Below, piece after piece: positions 17,173 through 25,916 of a stretch of 28,557 nt of DNA. Position numbers and translations under genes: made by a program. Position 1 is the stretch's first letter; each line of letters starts with the position of its first letter. The stretch is taken from positions 1-28,557 of the forward strand of contig CAZHCQ010000042.1 of the NCBI GenBank assembly GCA_964531415.1. The letters run 5' to 3'. Below the pieces are notes generated by a model. It did not search any database. It was not told the origin of the DNA and was given only the letters and a program-made list of their open reading frames with translations. This stretch comes from an uncultured Gammaproteobacteria bacterium. GTDB taxonomy: Bacteria; Patescibacteriota; Patescibacteriia; UBA9629; CAZHCQ01.

Positions 17173-18234
17173 ATGAACAACACTTCGCCAGATCAAGATA
17201 AAGGAGCGGAGTCAAAACTTCAAAAAATGCTGCCAAAAAAGAAACACAAAATTTTTCCATTATTAATTATAGCCGTTAGTATAGCAGTAATCATTGTTCT
17301 TGTTATTATTTCAATTTTAAATCAGCAAGAAGATGCGGTACAAAATGGGCAAACAGGCGCACAAGACGCGCGCAGTAACAACAAGAAAATAAAATCGGCA
17401 TTTCAATTGACGCCCGCAAATTTGGAACCCCTTGATCAGGGAATTTATGAAGCATGGGCGCATTCAGAGACGCTTTCCGTTACAGATGCGCTTGGAACAT
17501 TTCAAATAAACCCAAAAGGCCAACTGCTCACCGCTGGCAAATCGCCCATCAAAGACAATATACTCAAATCCTCTCTCACACAAGAAGAAATAAGCGATTT
17601 TTTTGTTACCATTGAACCCGATGCAGACACGGACGAAGGGCCATCTCCCATAAAACTCCTTGAAGGAAAGTTTATCAACGGGTCGGCTTTGATCAAATTT
17701 CAAGCCGTCAATGTGCTGAATGCAAACGGGCAGTATCTTTTGGCAACGCCAACTGACGGCCCCAAAACAAACGAAACGTCTGGCATCTGGTTTATCCGCC
17801 TGTCTGAAAGCGGCACAACTGCGTTTCCAGCCTTAACCCTTGAACAAACAACAAACGGATTTGTATATCAGGGGTGGGTTGAGCGCGAGGGTAAGCTCCT
17901 CTCTACCGGCAGGTTTGACCGTTCAGATTTTCTTGATTTTTCTGCTCTCTACGGCATAAAAGAGGGAACCGATTTTGGTTTTCCCGGAGAAGATTTTCTT
18001 GCAAATCCTCCTGAAGGTTTTACATTTCCGCTTAATTTAGCTGACGGAAAAACAAACGTGTTCATCAGCGTAGAGCCAAATATTGAAGGGGTGGACCCAA
18101 CCGGCGAAAAACCGTTTCAGCTTCGTTTTCTCAAAGCACCCATCTCCCAATTTGCACAGCCTCGCAAAAATTATGATCTCACTTTGGATATCTTAAAATT
18201 CCCAGTTATTACCATTACGCCTAAAAAAATTTAA
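17173..18234 (+). CDS. Single-pass membrane protein with two RskA (anti-sigma-K) C-terminal-like repeats
   Basis: ATG 17173; basic patch, then TM IFPLLIIAVSIAVIIVLVIISIL; internal duplication YEAW..LGTF..VTIEP versus YQGW..TGRF..ISVEP; LATPTD, ESGIWF-like and FPGEDFL.N.P.G.TFP blocks recalled from proteins annotated as anti-sigma factor. Confidence 0.6.
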   Translation: MNNTSPDQDKGAESKLQKMLPKKKHKIFPLLIIAVSIAVIIVLVIISILNQQEDAVQNGQTGAQDARSNNKKIKSAFQLTPANLEPLDQGIYEAWAHSETLSVTDALGTFQINPKGQLLTAGKSPIKDNILKSSLTQEEISDFFVTIEPDADTDEGPSPIKLLEGKFINGSALIKFQAVNVLNANGQYLLATPTDGPKTNETSGIWFIRLSESGTTAFPALTLEQTTNGFVYQGWVEREGKLLSTGRFDRSDFLDFSALYGIKEGTDFGFPGEDFLANPPEGFTFPLNLADGKTNVFISVEPNIEGVDPTGEKPFQLRFLKAPISQFAQPRKNYDLTLDILKFPVITITPKKI

Positions 18235-18246
18235 AGCTCAATTGAA

Positions 18247-19014
18247 ATGCCATCTCATAAAAAACCAAAACCTTATTCCACGCTCTTTCATGCAAAAAAC
18301 ACTGCGCCTGTGAAATTTCCCCGCGCAACAAGCGAAATTTATAAAGAGCAAGAGGAAAAAAGTTATGATAAAAGCGCATTCACCCATGAGCCAACCTGGC
18401 GCATTTTTAGAATTATGTCTGAATTCGTAGAGGGGTTCCAGTTTCTCACCAAATTTCAAAAAGAAGTTACTTTTTTGGGGTCAGCCCGCTTACAGCCCGG
18501 AACACCCTATTATGAAGATGCGGTAAAGCTTGCTCGTATGCTTGCCCAAGAAGGATATACCATCATCACCGGCGGCGGGCCGGGCATTATGGAAGCCGCA
18601 AATAAGGGCGCAAGTGAAGGAGGAGGCAATTCTGTAGGAATCAATATTCAACTCCCGTTTGAGCAGAGAATTAACAAATACGTCAAGCAGGGAATCGGCT
18701 TCCATTACTTTTTTACTCGTAAGGTTATTCTTTCAGCGTCTGCCCAAACGTATATTTTTTTTCCGGGCGGGTTTGGAACTCTTGACGAATTTTTTGAGAT
18801 CGTTACTTTGATTCAAACCAAAAAAATGGAGAAAATCCCAGTTGTTCTCATCGGGAAAGACTACTGGGCGCCGCTCATTGAGTGGATAGAAAACATACTT
18901 CTTGCAAAATTCGGCACTATTAATAAGGAAGACCGGGAAGTCTTTAAACTCGTTGATACCATTGACCACGCATTTCACATCGTCAAACAATCAAAGCAAA
19001 GACGCATGTTTTAA
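18247..19014 (+). CDS. LOG family (TIGR00730-type) nucleotide monophosphate phosphoribohydrolase
   Basis: FLGSAR, ITGGGPGIMEAANKGA, GINIQLPFEQ, YFFTRK, PGGFGTLDE. Confidence 0.93.
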   Translation: MPSHKKPKPYSTLFHAKNTAPVKFPRATSEIYKEQEEKSYDKSAFTHEPTWRIFRIMSEFVEGFQFLTKFQKEVTFLGSARLQPGTPYYEDAVKLARMLAQEGYTIITGGGPGIMEAANKGASEGGGNSVGINIQLPFEQRINKYVKQGIGFHYFFTRKVILSASAQTYIFFPGGFGTLDEFFEIVTLIQTKKMEKIPVVLIGKDYWAPLIEWIENILLAKFGTINKEDREVFKLVDTIDHAFHIVKQSKQRRMF

Positions 19015-19018
19015 TCGT

Positions 19019-19186
19019 ATGAAGCTGTATCGCTGTGTCAACTGCGGAGCATGCAAGCATATTCATAATGCCAATGAGTTTTTAGTATGCCACGAGTGCC
19101 GCACTGCTTATTCTGAATGGGAAGTGTATAACACGCTGGACCCGCACGCCCTTGTTGCAAGAGCAAAAATCACGACGACTCTATGA
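19019..19186 (+). CDS. 55-aa Cys-rich zinc-ribbon / rubredoxin-like miniprotein
   Basis: MKLYRCVNCGACKHIHNANEFLVCHECRTAYSEWEVY...; CxxC-x14-CxxC; starts 4 nt after the LOG stop and its TGA overlaps the next ATG (ATGA). Confidence 0.75.
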   Translation: MKLYRCVNCGACKHIHNANEFLVCHECRTAYSEWEVYNTLDPHALVARAKITTTL

Positions 19187-19908
19187 ACATTCCCTCGGTT
19201 ACTGCGCAAGAAATGAAAAAAATAGACGACCTCATGGTATTTGAGTATGGGGTGAGCATTCTCCAAATGATGGAAAATGACGCGCACAGCATCGCCCACA
19301 TTGCAAAAACAATGCTTGAGGGAAAAGTATACGGAAAAACAATTGTGGTATGCGCGGGAAAAGGGAACAACGGCGCAGGAGGGCTTGCGGCGGCACGCCA
19401 TCTCTATAACTGCGGCGCATACATCAAAATTATTCTTACTCATTTAGAAAATGAGATAGGCGAGACTGCAAAAATTCAACTTCGCCCTCTCAAGGCGCTC
19501 AACATTCAAATCTTTAAACCCGATTCAAGCCGATTTGATCAGCTTGTAGAACTGAAATCCGCTGATCTTATTATTGACGCTCTGCTTGGATACAGCATTC
19601 ATGGGGATCCGCATAGCGAAATAGCCTCCGCAATTCACGCTATCAACAAAGCAAAACGGCCCGTTCTTGCAAACGACATCCCTTCCGGCATGAACCCGGA
19701 CACGGGCGTGCCCTATCATCCGATAGTCCGAGCCGACGTTACGCTCACGTTAGCGCTCCCCAAAAAAGGGCTCCTTGCCCCTCAATCCCAAGAGCTTGTT
19801 GGAAAGTTATATCTCGCGGACATCGGCATTCCGCATGATCTGTATCACTATCTCCGCCTTGACGTGCCAAAAGATTTGTTTGCGGAACATTCTATCATTG
19901 CGCTCTAA
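19183..19908 (+). CDS. nnrE: NAD(P)HX epimerase (YjeF-N), stand-alone
   Basis: EMKKID..QMMEN, VCAGKGNNGAGG, IIDALLGY, NDIPSG, T.TL..PKKGL, LADIGIP; no fused dehydratase domain. Confidence 0.88.
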   Translation: MNIPSVTAQEMKKIDDLMVFEYGVSILQMMENDAHSIAHIAKTMLEGKVYGKTIVVCAGKGNNGAGGLAAARHLYNCGAYIKIILTHLENEIGETAKIQLRPLKALNIQIFKPDSSRFDQLVELKSADLIIDALLGYSIHGDPHSEIASAIHAINKAKRPVLANDIPSGMNPDTGVPYHPIVRADVTLTLALPKKGLLAPQSQELVGKLYLADIGIPHDLYHYLRLDVPKDLFAEHSIIAL

Positions 19909-19920
19909 AAACCTTGCATT

Positions 19921-20922
19921 ATGAAATTACTCATTACCGGGGGAGCCGGTTTTATGGGCTCCAATTTTATTAAACATATTTTGAAATGCTATCCGCGGTA
20001 CCGCATTGTGAATCTTGACAAGTTAACCTATGCAGGGAATATGGATAATCTTCGCGGCATTGCGGATCATCCTCGCCATACGTTTATTAAAGGAGACATT
20101 GCCAACCCCAAACTCATAGAGAAAATTGTGGGCACAGGCTGTGACGCGATCGTCAATTATGCCGCGGAAACCCATGTTGACCGATCCATTAGGGATTCAA
20201 AAACATTTTTAGAAACTGAAATCTTTGGCACATACACGCTTCTTGAAGGGGTAAAAAAATATAAAGTGAAACGATTTATCCAAATTTCAACCGATGAAGT
20301 ATACGGCCAAATTGAGCGCGGAAAATTCACTGAAAACTCGGCTCTTCAGCCAAGGAACCCCTATGCTGCGGCAAAAGCCGGGGCGGATTTGCTCTGTGAG
20401 GCGTACGCGCACACGCACGGCATTCCGGTGATTATAACCCGGAGCTGTAATTTTTACGGCCCGCATCACTATCCGGAAAAATTTATACCTCTTGCAATTA
20501 CCAATCTTTTAGAAGGAAAGAAAATTCTCGTGTACGGCACAGGGCAAGAACGGCGAGAATGGATATATGCGCACGACCATTGCCGCGCGATTGACCTCAT
20601 TCTGCATTCGGGCGTGAGAGGGGAGACTTACAATATTTCAAGCGGGGTTGAGATCGCAAACATTGATACGGCAAAAAGAATTGCCCGTTTTTTGCATAAG
20701 AGCGAATCATGCATTGAGTTTATAAAAAACCGCTCCGGACACGATTTTCGCTATGCGCTTTCCTCAAAAAAGATTGAAAAGCTTGGTTTTAAACCTCTCT
20801 ACACCTTTGATCAAGGCCTCAAAGAAACAATCGCGTGGTTTCAACAAAACGAATGGTGGTGGAAAAAAATTAAACATTCATCTGCATTCACAACATACTA
20901 TAAAAACCAGTACGCACAATAG
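19921..20922 (+). CDS. rfbB: dTDP-glucose 4,6-dehydratase
   Basis: TGGAGFMGSNF, DKLTYAGN, AAETHVDRSI, STDEVYG, YAAAK, PEKFIP, GHDFRYA. Confidence 0.95.
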   Translation: MKLLITGGAGFMGSNFIKHILKCYPRYRIVNLDKLTYAGNMDNLRGIADHPRHTFIKGDIANPKLIEKIVGTGCDAIVNYAAETHVDRSIRDSKTFLETEIFGTYTLLEGVKKYKVKRFIQISTDEVYGQIERGKFTENSALQPRNPYAAAKAGADLLCEAYAHTHGIPVIITRSCNFYGPHHYPEKFIPLAITNLLEGKKILVYGTGQERREWIYAHDHCRAIDLILHSGVRGETYNISSGVEIANIDTAKRIARFLHKSESCIEFIKNRSGHDFRYALSSKKIEKLGFKPLYTFDQGLKETIAWFQQNEWWWKKIKHSSAFTTYYKNQYAQ

Positions 20923-20941
20923 GAACGCATATATGCGTTCC
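20922..20941. terminator. Perfect 20-bp palindrome between convergent rfbB and dnaJ
   Basis: GGAACGCATATATGCGTTCC runs from the last base of the rfbB TAG to the base before the dnaJ stop; no U-tract on either side. Confidence 0.55.
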
Positions 20942-22039
20942 CTAAATTCCTTCCTCTTTCAGCGCTTCAATAAGTTTTTTAACGCGGCGGGAGATATTTT
21001 TTGGGGTTTCAATTTTAATTTTAATGAGGTGATCTCCTCGCCCGGAGGAACGCAGATGCGGCACTCCTTTTCCCTTAATTTTCATAATGGTACCGCTTTC
21101 AATGCCCGGATTAATTTTCATGCTCACCGGCCCGTCAAGCGTTTCAACCGTAATTTTATCCCCTAAAACTGCTTGCGAAAAAGATATATCCTGCGTTGTT
21201 TTTATATTGTCGTTATCTCGGGTAAAGAGGGGATGTTCTTTTATGCGAACAGAAACGTAAAGGTCACCTGCTCTGCCTCCATGCTCTCCCAACTCTCCTT
21301 GCCCTGAAACGCGCAAAGATTCACCTGCGTTTATGCCAGGGGGAATAGTAACTCTGATTGTCTGTTCTTCCAGCTTAACGCCTCTTCCATCACACCGCGT
21401 ACAGGTTTTTGACGCCTTTTTGCCTTCTCCGCCACAGGAATGGCACGGGGAGCTGGTTGCAAACGATCCAAACATGGTGTTTCGCATATGGGTTATGCTT
21501 CCGGATCCTTTGCATGTTGTGCATGTGGTGATTTCACTTCCCGGTTCAGCGCCATTGCCATGGCAACGGATGCATACAACATTTTTGCGCAGGCTGATCT
21601 CTTTTTCTACGCCAAAGACGGCTTCAGGGAAGTCTACATCAAGCCGCACTTCTAAATCAGATCCGCGGCGCGCGCGTGATCCCTGTGCGCCTCTTTGCCC
21701 GCCCCCGAAGAATGAATTGAAAATATCGCCCAAATCAAATTCAACGCCTGCTCCGCCATAATGAGAAGCAAAATCTTGTGAGTTAAATCCTGTACCCCCA
21801 AAACCTCCGGCGCCGCCCGGCCCATTTTGAAACCCGGCACTTCCAAAGGCATCATACTGCTGGCGCTTTTTTCCGTCTCCAAGCACTTCATATGCCGCGT
21901 TAATCTCCTTGAACTTCTCTTCAGCGCCGCCGGCTTTATCCGGATGATGCTGGTGCGCAAGCTTTCTGTATGCCTTTTTTATTTCTTCCTGCGTCGCTTT
22001 TTTTTCAACTCCTAATATCTGATAATAATCTCGCGCCAT
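20942..22039 (-). CDS. dnaJ: Chaperone DnaJ
   Basis: J-domain with HPD, G/F-rich linker, four CxxCxGxG repeats, C-terminal domain. Confidence 0.98.
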   Translation of the reverse strand: MARDYYQILGVEKKATQEEIKKAYRKLAHQHHPDKAGGAEEKFKEINAAYEVLGDGKKRQQYDAFGSAGFQNGPGGAGGFGGTGFNSQDFASHYGGAGVEFDLGDIFNSFFGGGQRGAQGSRARRGSDLEVRLDVDFPEAVFGVEKEISLRKNVVCIRCHGNGAEPGSEITTCTTCKGSGSITHMRNTMFGSFATSSPCHSCGGEGKKASKTCTRCDGRGVKLEEQTIRVTIPPGINAGESLRVSGQGELGEHGGRAGDLYVSVRIKEHPLFTRDNDNIKTTQDISFSQAVLGDKITVETLDGPVSMKINPGIESGTIMKIKGKGVPHLRSSGRGDHLIKIKIETPKNISRRVKKLIEALKEEGI

Positions 22040-22052
22040 ATAAAATTATTTT

Positions 22053-24008
22053 TTATTCTCCTTCTTTTTTATCTTCGTCTTTTTTAACCTCTTCAAAATC
22101 CGCTTCAACTGTTGCGCCTTCGTCTTTTTTCTGATCGTCAGCCTGTTGTTCGTTTTTCTCTTGTGCGTGTGCGCCTTCTGTTGTTTTAGTGTCTTCCTTG
22201 GATTTCTCGTACAGTGCGGCTCCAATTTTTTGAAGCGCACTGCTCAAAGCTTCCGTTTCTTTTTTTATTGCCTCGGTATCTCCTTTTTCTTTCACGCTTT
22301 TAAGGGCTTCTATTTTCTCCGTTACCTCTTTTTTATCAGCTTCACTTACCTTATCGCCCGCGTCTTTGAGGGTTTTTTCTGCAGTATAGATGAGTGTTTC
22401 TGCCATGTTTGCCGCTTCTACGGATTCTTTTTTGCGCTTGTCTTCTTCGGCGTGTACTTCAGCGTCTTTGCGCATTTGCTCAATTTGTTGATCAGTAAGG
22501 CCAGTTGAGGCAGTGATGGTGATATTTTGAGACTTTCCCGTTGCTGTGTCTTTTGCAGTAACTTTGAGAATTCCGCTTGCGTCAATGTCAAAAATAACTT
22601 CAACTTGGGGAATACCCCGTGGCGCAGGAGGAAGGCCGGAAAGAATAAATTTCCCCAAGCTTTTATTGTCCGCGGCCATTTCTCGTTCGCCCTGCAGAAC
22701 ATGAATTTCAACAGTCGTTTGGTTATCAGCGGCGGTTGAAAATGTTTGCGACTTTGATGTCGGAATAGTCGTATTCCTTTCAATAAGGGGAGTACGCACC
22801 CCGCCAAGCGTTTCAATGCCTAAAGTTAAGGGCGTCACATCCAAAAGCAGAACGTCTTTCACATCGCCTTGTATAATCCCAGCCTGCACTGCCGCACCAA
22901 TTGCTACCACCTCGTCCGGATTGACGCCGATATGCGGCTTCTTGCCAAAAAACTTCTCAACCGTGTTTTGTACAAGCGGCATGCGCGTCTGCCCGCCAAC
23001 GAGTATCACTTCATTAATCTCTTCCGGTTTGAGCCCCGCATCTAAAAGCGCCTTTCTGCATGGTTCTAAAGTTTTATCAATAAGCGGCCGCACTAATTCT
23101 TCAAGCTTTGCGCGCGTTAATTTGATGTTTAAATGCTTTGGGCCTCCTGCATCCTGCGTAATATAAGGCTGATTAATTTCCGTTTCTATCGCGGTTGAAA
23201 GTTCGTGCTTTGCTTTTTCCGCTGCCTCTTTCACCCTCTGTACTGCGATAATATCCTTTGAAAGGTCAGTGCCCTGATCTTTTTTAAATTCTTCAATAAT
23301 CCACTCAATAATCAGGTGGTCAAAATCATCTCCTCCCAAATAGGTGTCTCCATTTGTTGCAATAACCTTGATATCGCCTCCTACTTCGTCAACGTCAACT
23401 TCCAAAATTGAAACGTCAAATGTGCCGCCACCTAAATCATACACGGCAATTTTCTCGTTCTTTTTCTTGTTGAATCCATATGCAAGCGCCGCCGCTGTTG
23501 GCTCGTTAATAATCCGAAGAACAGTTAACCCTGCAATTTTACCCGCGTCTTTCGTTGCCTGGCGCTGGGAATCGTCAAAATATGCCGGAACCGTAATCAC
23601 CGCTTCGGTAATTTTCTCACCCAAACGCGCTTCTGCATCGGCTTTCAATTTTTGAAGCACCATTGCTGAAATTTCCTGCGGCTTATAGCTTTTATCCCCT
23701 AGTTTCACCGCAACCCCCTCGCCTGATTTCTCAATCTCAAACGGCACCAATTTCTTCGTGCGAGTGACTGCCTCATCTTCATACCGGTGGCCAATGAGGC
23801 GTTTGATAGAAAAAAGCGTATTTTTAGGGTTTGTTACTGCCTGGCGTTTTGCCGCAACTCCAACCAGCCGCTCATTTCCTTTCCACGCAACGATAGAGGG
23901 CGTGGTGCGTGCACCTTCTGTATTTTCAATGATCTTTGGTTCTCCGCCCTCCACAATCGCCATTGCAGAGTTTGTTGTGCCAAGATCTATGCCAATTATT
24001 TTTCCCAT
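22053..24008 (-). CDS. dnaK: Chaperone DnaK (Hsp70)
   Basis: [53 protein letters not shown]. Confidence 0.99.
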   Translation of the reverse strand: MGKIIGIDLGTTNSAMAIVEGGEPKIIENTEGARTTPSIVAWKGNERLVGVAAKRQAVTNPKNTLFSIKRLIGHRYEDEAVTRTKKLVPFEIEKSGEGVAVKLGDKSYKPQEISAMVLQKLKADAEARLGEKITEAVITVPAYFDDSQRQATKDAGKIAGLTVLRIINEPTAAALAYGFNKKKNEKIAVYDLGGGTFDVSILEVDVDEVGGDIKVIATNGDTYLGGDDFDHLIIEWIIEEFKKDQGTDLSKDIIAVQRVKEAAEKAKHELSTAIETEINQPYITQDAGGPKHLNIKLTRAKLEELVRPLIDKTLEPCRKALLDAGLKPEEINEVILVGGQTRMPLVQNTVEKFFGKKPHIGVNPDEVVAIGAAVQAGIIQGDVKDVLLLDVTPLTLGIETLGGVRTPLIERNTTIPTSKSQTFSTAADNQTTVEIHVLQGEREMAADNKSLGKFILSGLPPAPRGIPQVEVIFDIDASGILKVTAKDTATGKSQNITITASTGLTDQQIEQMRKDAEVHAEEDKRKKESVEAANMAETLIYTAEKTLKDAGDKVSEADKKEVTEKIEALKSVKEKGDTEAIKKETEALSSALQKIGAALYEKSKEDTKTTEGAHAQEKNEQQADDQKKDEGATVEADFEEVKKDEDKKEGE

Positions 24009-24037
24009 GTCTTTAGAAGTTTATTGTAATTATAAAT

Positions 24038-24478
24038 TTAATTTTTTACCGTAATTTTAACGCTCTTTGGCTGTACTTCAGCGCGTTTTGGAATAGTAAT
24101 TTCCAAAATTCCATTCTTATATACCGCAGAGGCTTTATCCCCGTCAACTGCCGCCGGCATGGCAAGCGCACGATGGAATTTACCAAAGAGCATTTCACGC
24201 CGATGATACTTCGCTTCCTCAACCTCTGTTTCTCTCTTCACCTCACCGTCTATAGTCAACACATCGTTTTCAATCCGAATTGTTACCTCCTTTTCTGGAT
24301 CAATCCCAGGAAGGGCAACTTTTACAATAACCTTGTCGTCGGTTTGTGAAATATCAACCGGCGGCATAAAACCCAAAGCCATTTTTCCTCCGGGCAAAGA
24401 TCCGCCAAGCATTTTATCCATTTCTTCAAACACGTCCATTGGTTCAAAGAACGGACTCCATCGTATAAGTGAAGACAT
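24038..24478 (-). CDS. Small heat-shock protein (Hsp20/alpha-crystallin)
   Basis: PPVDI, ALPGIDP, REMLFGKFHR, YKNGILEITIPK; 146 aa. Confidence 0.95.
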   Translation of the reverse strand: MSSLIRWSPFFEPMDVFEEMDKMLGGSLPGGKMALGFMPPVDISQTDDKVIVKVALPGIDPEKEVTIRIENDVLTIDGEVKRETEVEEAKYHRREMLFGKFHRALAMPAAVDGDKASAVYKNGILEITIPKRAEVQPKSVKITVKN

Positions 24479-24551
24479 AATTTTGAAAGATCATTCACTT
24501 CACAATTTTTGAAAAAAACCGCGAAGAAACGATCGTCATATAAAGTATACA

Positions 24552-25058
24552 TTAGTCCCGCCCCGTGCTAATAATAACCTGTGCAGGGCGGAGCACTTTG
24601 CCGTGGAGCATATACCCAGGCCGCACCTGCTTTAACACCATATCCGCGTCTTTGTCCGACACTTCAGCCCCGATAGATTCATGCCGCTCTGTGTTAAATT
24701 TTTCCCCCTCTGCCTGTATCTTTTCAATTCCATTTTTTTGCATGAAGTCTTCAAACTGCTTTTGAATATGCCTAAAACCCGCCACCCACTGCTCTTTTTC
24801 CATTTCTTTCGGCACGCACGCCATTGCCTGTTCATAATGTTCCAGTATGGGGAGCAAGTCTTCTATCAAACCTTGTGAAGCAAATTTCACCCACTGGAGC
24901 CTTTCTTTCTCAATCTGCTTCTGCAGATTAGCATAATCTGCAAGCGCACGTTTTAATTTATCTGTCAGTTCCAGTTCTTTGCTTTCCTGATCTGTTTTGT
25001 CCTCATCGTGCTGAATCACCGGGGCATCATCTAAAGCTGGTATTTGTTGTGTATCCAT
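24552..25058 (-). CDS. grpE: Nucleotide exchange factor GrpE
   Basis: RALADYANLQK, DLLPILEH, KFNTERHE, RPGYMLHGKVLRPAQV. Confidence 0.96.
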   Translation of the reverse strand: MDTQQIPALDDAPVIQHDEDKTDQESKELELTDKLKRALADYANLQKQIEKERLQWVKFASQGLIEDLLPILEHYEQAMACVPKEMEKEQWVAGFRHIQKQFEDFMQKNGIEKIQAEGEKFNTERHESIGAEVSDKDADMVLKQVRPGYMLHGKVLRPAQVIISTGRD

Positions 25059-25061
25059 AGT

Positions 25062-25760
25062 TTACTTTGATAAAAGGTTCTGGGTGAAATTGAGAAGCGT
25101 CGTATTGTATCTGTAGTTCATCCGCAATGGGCCTAAAAGCCCGAGAAAGTGATCTCTCTCCTGTCCAAATTTTATAACGAGCAAACTGCATGTATCTGAA
25201 AAACTATTGTCAGATCCAATCAAAGCACGCACATGTTCGCCGGCTCCGTCAAATAATTTTTCCGCCAAGAGGTCGTCAATCCGGTCTATCACGCCTGATA
25301 TGTCGCGTACAAAATCTGCATCTTGAAACTCCGGTTTTGAGAATAAGTGCGAAACGCCCGTGTAATACGTATCATACTTCCCAAACCCGATGATAATAGT
25401 TTCCTTGGATTCCTCGGCAAGCACTTTTGCCGTATTTTTAATTTTTCTGCGCGGATCAAGTTCATCATCTTCAGTATAGGCGTTTTCCAGATACTGTTCG
25501 GTTTTCTCGTCAAGTGGCTGATTTACATCAACAATTTCAAGATACAGTTTGTAGGCCTTTTCGGTAGGAATTCTGCCTGCCGACGTATGTGGCTGATCAA
25601 GATACCCAAGAGCAGAGAGTTCCGCCATTTCATGGCGCACCGTTGCAGGGCTTACTTCCAAAGCATACTTTGTGGTCAGTAATTTTGAACACACCGGCAC
25701 AGCAGTCCGGATGTATTCTTCAACCACGGCATATACTAATTTTTGGTGTCGTTCATTCAT
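25062..25760 (-). CDS. hrcA: Heat-inducible transcription repressor HrcA (short form)
   Basis: MNERHQKLVYAVVEEYI, SPATVRHEM, GYLDQPHTSAGRIPTEKAY, IGSDN, GLLGPLRMNY. Start 25760 fits the usual N-terminus; an upstream ATG exists at 25811. Confidence 0.93.
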   Translation of the reverse strand: MNERHQKLVYAVVEEYIRTAVPVCSKLLTTKYALEVSPATVRHEMAELSALGYLDQPHTSAGRIPTEKAYKLYLEIVDVNQPLDEKTEQYLENAYTEDDELDPRRKIKNTAKVLAEESKETIIIGFGKYDTYYTGVSHLFSKPEFQDADFVRDISGVIDRIDDLLAEKLFDGAGEHVRALIGSDNSFSDTCSLLVIKFGQERDHFLGLLGPLRMNYRYNTTLLNFTQNLLSK

Positions 25761-25833
25761 AAGTACTTGACAATGAAGCTTTTTTATCTTAATTTCAATT
25801 GTTTTTTTCATTGTCGCCTTTTGCAGGGAACGG

Positions 25834-25860
25834 CTAGCAGTCTACCTACGAGAGTGCTAA
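25834..25860 (-). promoter_or_regulatory. CIRCE operator (HrcA binding site)
   Basis: Minus strand TTAGCACTC-TCGTAGGTA-GACTGCTAG; consensus TTAGCACTC-N9-GAGTGCTAA with 2 mismatches and exact 9-nt spacer; directly upstream of hrcA. Confidence 0.95.
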
Positions 25861-25865
25861 TGAGC

Positions 25866-25895
25866 AGTATAGTACAAAACAAAAAAACTTGTCAA
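25866..25895 (-). promoter_or_regulatory. Sigma70-type promoter of the hrcA-grpE-hsp20-dnaK-dnaJ operon
   Basis: Minus strand TTGACA (25895-25890), 18 nt, TATACT (25871-25866); CIRCE starts 5 nt downstream, over the expected transcription start. Confidence 0.85.
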
Positions 25896-25916
25896 GCATA
25901 AACAGCATAAAGCCCT

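Noticed and set aside
22816-24054. Three same-frame antisense ORFs opposite dnaK (22816..23166, 23344..23655, 23758..24054)
   Set aside because: Well-known shadow of Hsp70 codon bias; interrupted by stops and no protein motifs.
24552-24571. Possible second CIRCE (TTAGTCCCG..CCGTGCTAA) before hsp20
   Set aside because: Spacer is 2 nt rather than 9, the left arm is poor, and it lies in grpE coding sequence.
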